A DNA stretch of 64,000 nucleotides from Candidatus Peribacteria bacterium (GTDB lineage: Bacteria > Patescibacteriota > Gracilibacteria > Peribacterales > Peribacteraceae), in assembly GCA_041691135.1 (NCBI GenBank), contig JBEPVF010000001.1:64001-128000 (forward strand), written 5' to 3'. Shown here in pieces: positions 58,928-64,000 of this stretch. Each line of letters starts with the position of its first letter. Within the stretch, counting starts at the first letter, position 1. A program made the translations under genes and the position numbers. The notes beneath the pieces are model-generated. The model had not been told where the DNA came from. It did no database searches and saw nothing but the letters and a program-made list of their open reading frames with translations.

Positions 58928-60334
58928 ATGCAAACACTCGGAGTCGTTGGCCTCGGTACGATGGGTGCGAATCTTGCGCGCAACGCGGCGCGCAATGGAG
59001 CGACGGTTGCCGTGTATAATCGGACCGCCGAAAAAACAACCGCCTTCATGAAGGCCCATGGCAAAGAGGGGACGTTCATTGCCTGTCATTCTCTCGCCGA
59101 ACTCGAAGAGGCACTGCCAACGCCGCGTGCCATTTTGCTGATGGTGAAAGCCGGAGAGGCGGTTGATGACATTATCAAGGAACTCATGCCCCACTTGGAG
59201 AAGGGTGATATTTTGATCGATGGCGGAAACAGTCATTTTCGTGACACGGAACGACGTCAGGCAATGCTGACGAAGAAAGGAATCCACCTGCTCGGCATGG
59301 GCGTGAGCGGCGGCGAAGAAGGTGCATTGCATGGTCCGAGTTTGATGCCGGGCGGGGACGAAAAATCGTACAAAAAAATCGAGCCATTACTCCGGAAGAT
59401 GGCGGCCAGCGATGGTGATGGCGGCCGATGTGTCAGCTACGTCGGTGGCGGCGGATCGGGGCATTTCGTCAAGATCGTCCATAACGGCATCGAGTATGGC
59501 CTGATGCAGATTATTGCCGAAGTGTACGACTTGCTGCGCTCGGCGGGTCATCTGTATCCGCCGGAACTCGAGCAAATCTTCTCGGATTTCAACGACGGAG
59601 TCCTCGCTTCTTTCTTGCTCGATATTACGGCCAAGATTTTTCGCAAAAAAGACGAATCAGGTTCGGGCTACCTGCTCGATCTCATCCGTGACGCGGCGGG
59701 TCAGAAGGGGACCGGAAAGTGGGCTACCGACGTGGCGATGGATGTGGGAGTAGCTATCCCCACCATCACAGCGGCCGTGGATGCCCGCATTCTTTCGGGC
59801 GACAAGTTACTGCGCATGAGAGGTCAGTGCTTTCTGCCGGCGCCGGCCACAGTTCCGCCTTCGCTCAACGATATTCTGATTCCGATGATCAGTGGAACGC
59901 TGGAGCTGTCGTTTCTGCTCACGTACTGGCAAGGTTTTGAGCTGATCGCGAAAGCAAACGATGAACACAAGTGGGGCATTCAGCGCAGCGAGATTGCCCG
60001 CCTCTGGCGCGGAGGCTGCATCATACGATCAGCGTTACTTCCCGATTTTCAACAGGTATTCGCAGATGAATCCGATAGAAATACGACCGAACAGGAAACG
60101 TTTTTCCATCGCTTCGGCGGCGAGAAGCAAACCGCCTTCCGCACGTTCGTATCGGCATGCATCCAAACCGGCGTTCCGGTCCCCGCTTTGAGTTCGGCTC
60201 TTGCGTATTACGATTCGCTCCGTCGTGTTCAACTGCCGCAGAATCTTATCCAGGCGCAACGCGATTTTTTCGGCGCCCATACCTTCGAGCGTACCGACTG
60301 CGAAGGCAGCTTTCATGCCGATTGGGCTGAGTAA
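58928..60334 (+). CDS. gnd: 6-phosphogluconate dehydrogenase, decarboxylating
   Basis: GLGTMG, DGGNS, VSGGEEGA, KIVHNGIEYG, KGTGKW, QAQRDFFGAH. Confidence 0.97.
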   Translation: MQTLGVVGLGTMGANLARNAARNGATVAVYNRTAEKTTAFMKAHGKEGTFIACHSLAELEEALPTPRAILLMVKAGEAVDDIIKELMPHLEKGDILIDGGNSHFRDTERRQAMLTKKGIHLLGMGVSGGEEGALHGPSLMPGGDEKSYKKIEPLLRKMAASDGDGGRCVSYVGGGGSGHFVKIVHNGIEYGLMQIIAEVYDLLRSAGHLYPPELEQIFSDFNDGVLASFLLDITAKIFRKKDESGSGYLLDLIRDAAGQKGTGKWATDVAMDVGVAIPTITAAVDARILSGDKLLRMRGQCFLPAPATVPPSLNDILIPMISGTLELSFLLTYWQGFELIAKANDEHKWGIQRSEIARLWRGGCIIRSALLPDFQQVFADESDRNTTEQETFFHRFGGEKQTAFRTFVSACIQTGVPVPALSSALAYYDSLRRVQLPQNLIQAQRDFFGAHTFERTDCEGSFHADWAE

Positions 60335-60388
60335 AAGGTAACCGAGGAAACAGAAGGAACTGAGGTGATGGACGAAGGGAACGGCTCT

Positions 60389-61264
60389 TCACAATACCTT
60401 TAATGCCAATAGCGCTGCACCGAGCATATCCGGATGGTCCGCCGCCGCCACGCGTAACAGCGGGACTGGCATGGGAGACAGCACCCACGTAGTTAGTTCT
60501 TTCGCAATGACCGGCAGATGTTTTTCCAACGCCTTGCCTGCGCTCCCGCCGAAGACGATCACCGACGGATCGAGCAAATGTATCAGACTTGCGCAGAGCC
60601 AGGCTACTTCCTTAAACAAATCCGGTCGCAGAAAAGCGCATGCTTCGCCGTTGAAATAATCGGTGGGAGTATCGGCATCCGTGCATCGCGCCCCAATGGC
60701 GGTTCCCGATAAAAATTGCTCCACATCCCCGCGCAGATCTTTTGTTTTGTACGGGGGCTGACCCGGCATCAACAACATGTGGCCGATCTCGCCCGCGAAA
60801 CCGTTGGCGCCGCGAAAAATCCGTCCGTCTATCACGATGCCGCCGCCCACTCCCGTCCCCAGCGTGATCCCCACTACCACCGGCAATCCTTTGCCGGCTC
60901 CGTGTGAAGCTTCGGCAAACGTGAAGCAATTGGCGTCATTCTCGACGACAATCGGAAGCTTCAGTTCCTGTTCAAGGATGTGCAGCAATGGAATATCAAC
61001 TCCATCGGGAATATTAGGCGTGTGCAAAACCACTCCATCGGCCGCACGAACCAAACCCGGAACGCCGACTCCAACTGCCACCGTATCCGGTGTGCGCATT
61101 GTTTGAATGGCATCGATCATTTCCTTCTGTACCGCCAAAAATCCCCGGCTTGCATCCGTCGGATAGCGACGGGATTCCAGTAAAGCGCCCGTCTCCGCAT
61201 CGAAACGGCCGATGCTTGATTTCGTTCCGCCTAAATCGAAGCCGATGACGGATTGTGATGCCAC
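60389..61264 (-). CDS. ROK family sugar kinase (glucokinase-like)
   Basis: GFDLGGTK, ENDAN, TLGTGVGGG, GEIGH. Confidence 0.92.
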   Translation of the reverse strand: MASQSVIGFDLGGTKSSIGRFDAETGALLESRRYPTDASRGFLAVQKEMIDAIQTMRTPDTVAVGVGVPGLVRAADGVVLHTPNIPDGVDIPLLHILEQELKLPIVVENDANCFTFAEASHGAGKGLPVVVGITLGTGVGGGIVIDGRIFRGANGFAGEIGHMLLMPGQPPYKTKDLRGDVEQFLSGTAIGARCTDADTPTDYFNGEACAFLRPDLFKEVAWLCASLIHLLDPSVIVFGGSAGKALEKHLPVIAKELTTWVLSPMPVPLLRVAAADHPDMLGAALLALKVL

Positions 61265-61330
61265 CGCAGTACTGTAGCACAATGCTTCAGTTGGAAAGAA
61301 AGTCTTTTCAGGCCCAATGGAACGGTTTTT

Positions 61331-61355
61331 GAAAGAAACGCCGAATTCATTCGTC
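61331..61355 (+). promoter_or_regulatory. Possible autoregulatory ECF promoter GAAAG-N16-CGTC
   Basis: One-base variant of the GTAAG-N16-CGTC motif, upstream of the ECF sigma gene. Confidence 0.4.
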
Positions 61356-61427
61356 CTAATGCTCGCATAAAAAACACTGCGGACTCCTTCAGTTCTATCC
61401 TGAATGCCGCTACTCTATCTCTGTATT

Positions 61428-61943
61428 ATGGATGAATCCCAGCAAAGCATCGAAGAGATGTTCGAGAACGCGTATCGCGATTACTCGGACGCCATTTTCA
61501 GGCACTGCTATTTTCGCGTATTCGACCGTGAACTGGGGAAGGAACTGATGCAGGAAACATTCATGCGATCGTGGAAGTATCTGACGGATGGAAAGAAAGT
61601 CGATAATATGCGGGCGTTTCTCTATCGCATCGCGAACAATCTCATCATCGACTACGTGCGCAAAAAGAAGGAAGTATCGCTCGATGATCTGCAGGCCAAA
61701 GGGTTGGATCCTTCTTATGATGCGATGCCCGAAATGCAGAGAAAAGTGGATGAGTCGGCTATCGTTGCATCCCTCTCAAATTTGGAACCTGACTACCGTG
61801 AAGTGTTGATCATGCGATATGTGGACGGTCTTAATCCGGCCGATATCGCCGAAATTACGGGTGAGTCAGCCAATACGATTTCAGTCCGCATCCATCGCGG
61901 TCTTAAACAGCTGCGTTCATTTTTGCAAAAGAAAGGCGCCTGA
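61428..61943 (+). CDS. ECF-family RNA polymerase sigma factor
   Basis: QETFMRSW, FLYRIANN..ID..RK region 2; IAEITG...ISVRIHRG region 4. Confidence 0.93.
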   Translation: MDESQQSIEEMFENAYRDYSDAIFRHCYFRVFDRELGKELMQETFMRSWKYLTDGKKVDNMRAFLYRIANNLIIDYVRKKKEVSLDDLQAKGLDPSYDAMPEMQRKVDESAIVASLSNLEPDYREVLIMRYVDGLNPADIAEITGESANTISVRIHRGLKQLRSFLQKKGA

Positions 61944-61963
61944 GGAAGATTTATAAGTAAAAA

Positions 61964-61990
61964 ATGAACCCCGATTCAGTCGGGGTTCAT
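61964..61990. terminator. Bidirectional hairpin
   Basis: ATGAACCCCGA-ttcag-TCGGGGTTCAT between convergent genes. Confidence 0.8.
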
Positions 61991-62006
61991 AACATGCTTA
62001 CCAGAC

Positions 62007-62372
62007 TTACACTCGCATTGCCTTTGGACTTCCGAAGCCGATGACCAACGTCACGATCGAGATGGCCAGATGCAGATAGTTGTCCGCTGTATTGACGGTG
62101 ATAAGGTTCAATACCACACCGTTTGGACTGAGGAATCCGAGAATGGTTACCAGCGCATACACGAGTCCGAAGACCATCAGGTACATGCGTGAGTTTTGAT
62201 AGCTGGTTGCCGCTGCCGCGAGAGCCACGATACCGCTCGCCAGGTGGATGATATTGTGGATATTATCGACGGCAAACAGACCCAATACGGGATTCTGCAT
62301 GTAACCCAGGACTCCGACGATCAACAAGACAACGCCGAAGATCCAAGTGATGGGCTTTACCAATTGAGCCAT
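62007..62372 (-). CDS. DUF4383-like membrane protein
   Basis: GLFAVDNIHNIIHLASG and NTADNYLHL. Confidence 0.8.
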   Translation of the reverse strand: MAQLVKPITWIFGVVLLIVGVLGYMQNPVLGLFAVDNIHNIIHLASGIVALAAAATSYQNSRMYLMVFGLVYALVTILGFLSPNGVVLNLITVNTADNYLHLAISIVTLVIGFGSPKAMRV

Positions 62373-62515
62373 AGAAAATGGGGGAAAGAGAAAGAGTATG
62401 AAAGGAAGTATATCACTCTTAACACCCCTTCAGATGACTTCGTTTTGCTGTGCCGCTTAAAACATGCTGTTTTATGCTATTGGCGCTGGCCTTCTTGGCG
62501 TCGTACCATGCATGT

Positions 62516-63274
62516 ATGAATGAGGAAAATGTACGCACACGCAATATATTTGATCCGGCTGACGGGCAGCATCCGTTTAAGCTCAGTCGCAGCAAACTGG
62601 AGCAATTTTTACAATGCCCGCGCTGTTTTTATTTGGATCGACGACTTGGGATTGAGCGGCCCGATTGGCCGAGCCCGACGCTGAACATCGCCGTCGATCA
62701 ATTGATGAAACGCGAATTCGATTTATCACGCGGAAAAGGCGAAGCGCATCCGCTGATGCAGCTCTACGATGTGGAAGCGTTGCCGTTGCAACATCCGGAT
62801 CTCGCACAATGGCGTGATGCGCAGCGTGGCATTTCTTTTTTACATGAGCCGTCGAACTTTCTTTTCTTCGGTGCGGTGGATGACGTATGGGTGGATACGG
62901 ATGGGCAACTGATGATCGTCGATTACAAAGCGACGAGCACCGTCGCGGGAGCGAGTGTCGACCTTCGCGGCAAAGACAGTTACAAGCGTCAGCTGGAAAT
63001 GTACCAGTGGCTGTTCCGTCAAAATGGATTCGCCGTGTCGCCCGTCGGATATCTGGTGTTTGCCAACGCCGACCGCGGACGCGACACATTCGACGGTCGT
63101 CTGGAATTCACGTTGTCGGTTCTTCCGTATCAAGGGGACACCGACTGGGTGGCTGATGCGCTCGTCGAAGCAAAAACGGCTCTGATGAAAGAAGAGCTAC
63201 CCATGCCTCATCCAACGTGCGAGTGGTGCGGATACAGAAGAATCGCGAGGAACGTTGAACAGCCAATGAACTGA
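62516..63274 (+). CDS. PD-(D/E)XK nuclease family protein (RecB/Cas4-like)
   Basis: LSRSKLE..CPRCFY, GAVDD, IVDYK, QLEMY, CEWC. Confidence 0.88.
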   Translation: MNEENVRTRNIFDPADGQHPFKLSRSKLEQFLQCPRCFYLDRRLGIERPDWPSPTLNIAVDQLMKREFDLSRGKGEAHPLMQLYDVEALPLQHPDLAQWRDAQRGISFLHEPSNFLFFGAVDDVWVDTDGQLMIVDYKATSTVAGASVDLRGKDSYKRQLEMYQWLFRQNGFAVSPVGYLVFANADRGRDTFDGRLEFTLSVLPYQGDTDWVADALVEAKTALMKEELPMPHPTCEWCGYRRIARNVEQPMN

Positions 63275-63281
63275 TTCATGT

Positions 63282-63647
63282 ATGTACGGCGCATTTCGCA
63301 ACTCCATCGGCTTCCTCAATGACATCCCCGATCATCTCTACCTTGATCTCGATCTGTCTGAATTTCATCTTCCTCACGGACGGATTGCCGCATTGCGAGA
63401 GGCACTCGAGATACTCTTGGGTCACTATGTCATGAGCTATGACTGCCATGTATCCCGGCGCGATCTTCCTCCTGCAAAACACCTCTGTGCTCATTACAAG
63501 GGCGCTGATCTGACACGCGACCAACGGGAAATTCTGAAAAAATTTGAGGCGGTCAGTCAGCCATTGGGCGTTAGCTTTGTCGTCTATCAAAAACCACTTC
63601 GTCTATTTTCCGATGCTCCAATTGCATGCAGAGGCTATAAGTTTTGA
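63282..63647 (+). CDS. Hypothetical protein
   Basis: 121-aa ORF directly after the nuclease gene. Confidence 0.55.
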   Translation: MYGAFRNSIGFLNDIPDHLYLDLDLSEFHLPHGRIAALREALEILLGHYVMSYDCHVSRRDLPPAKHLCAHYKGADLTRDQREILKKFEAVSQPLGVSFVVYQKPLRLFSDAPIACRGYKF

Positions 63648-63678
63648 TACTGTGCCACATCGCCGCAGGCGATTTACG

Positions 63679-63772
63679 TGGCGGAGAGGGGGGGATTTGA
63701 ACCCCCGATACGGTTTTAACGCCGTATACCGCATTAGCAGTGCGGCCCTTTCGACCACTCAGGCACCTCTCC
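63679..63772 (-). tRNA. tRNA-Ser(GCT)
   Basis: GGAGAGG/CCTCTCC acceptor stem, CCGCA-CTGCTAA-TGCGG anticodon arm, long variable arm, encoded CCA. Confidence 0.95.
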
Positions 63773-63856
63773 ACGCCGGGCCAGTATAAGCAATCAGCAT
63801 TGTGTATTACTAGGCCTACTTTCTAAGGCGGCTAGGATGCCTCACTCAAACTTTGA

Positions 63857-64000
63857 TCAATTTATGTATTCAAGGTATGCTGCAATTATTCTGGTTCCAG
63901 CATGAAACTTCAACATATTCCCGTTCTCCTCAATGGCGACGAGCAAGCAGGTCATGCTGATGTATTGTCGATTCTCCAACCTCAGTCGCATGAATCCGTG
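63857..64000 (-). CDS. Possible 3' end of a gene entering from beyond the window
   Basis: One frame is open for 47 codons from the edge to a TGA; no recognisable motif. Confidence 0.25.
   Translation of the reverse strand, partial: HGFMRLRLENRQYISMTCLLVAIEENGNMLKFHAGTRIIAAYLEYIN

Noticed and set aside
62516-63274. Cas4 as evidence of a CRISPR system
   Set aside because: It is a solo PD-(D/E)XK nuclease with only two C-terminal Cys and no array or other cas genes nearby.

Overview
About 64 kb of a bacterial chromosome. Gene content suggests a Patescibacteria/CPR organism, probably Peregrinibacteria/Peribacteria (inference). The standard genetic code applies, with TGA as stop. Housekeeping genes: mnmA, prfA, purD, purF, folD, tmk, groES/groEL with a CIRCE-like operator, proB-proC-proA, msrB, lemA, tsaD, lgt, rnhB, murE, riboflavin kinase, and a tkt/tal/gnd/ROK pentose-phosphate set. 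There are five tRNAs and many envelope genes (double GT2, GT-C, two sortases, SLH proteins, GH113, O-antigen ligase-like, acyltransferase, PKD, pilin), plus an ECF sigma factor. The most interesting signals are intergenic and mostly below the ORF-track cutoff. (1) A tandem array of three self-contained cassettes at 19276-20215, each promoter / GTTGATC / small 2-TM ORF / GATCAAC / GCGGCCG terminator. (2) Two apparent leader-peptide attenuators, one Ile/Thr-rich and one Leu-rich, each with 1:2, 2:3 and 3:4 helices, upstream of orphan genes rather than biosynthetic operons. (3) Two more small ORFs enclosed by 9-10 bp inverted repeats. (4) A GTAAG-N16-CGTC ECF-type promoter motif upstream of four surface/small-protein genes, with a variant upstream of the ECF gene. 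(5) C/U-rich, SD-less starts on core genes versus SD-led orphan genes. All calls were made by eye; no database searches or folding programs were run.
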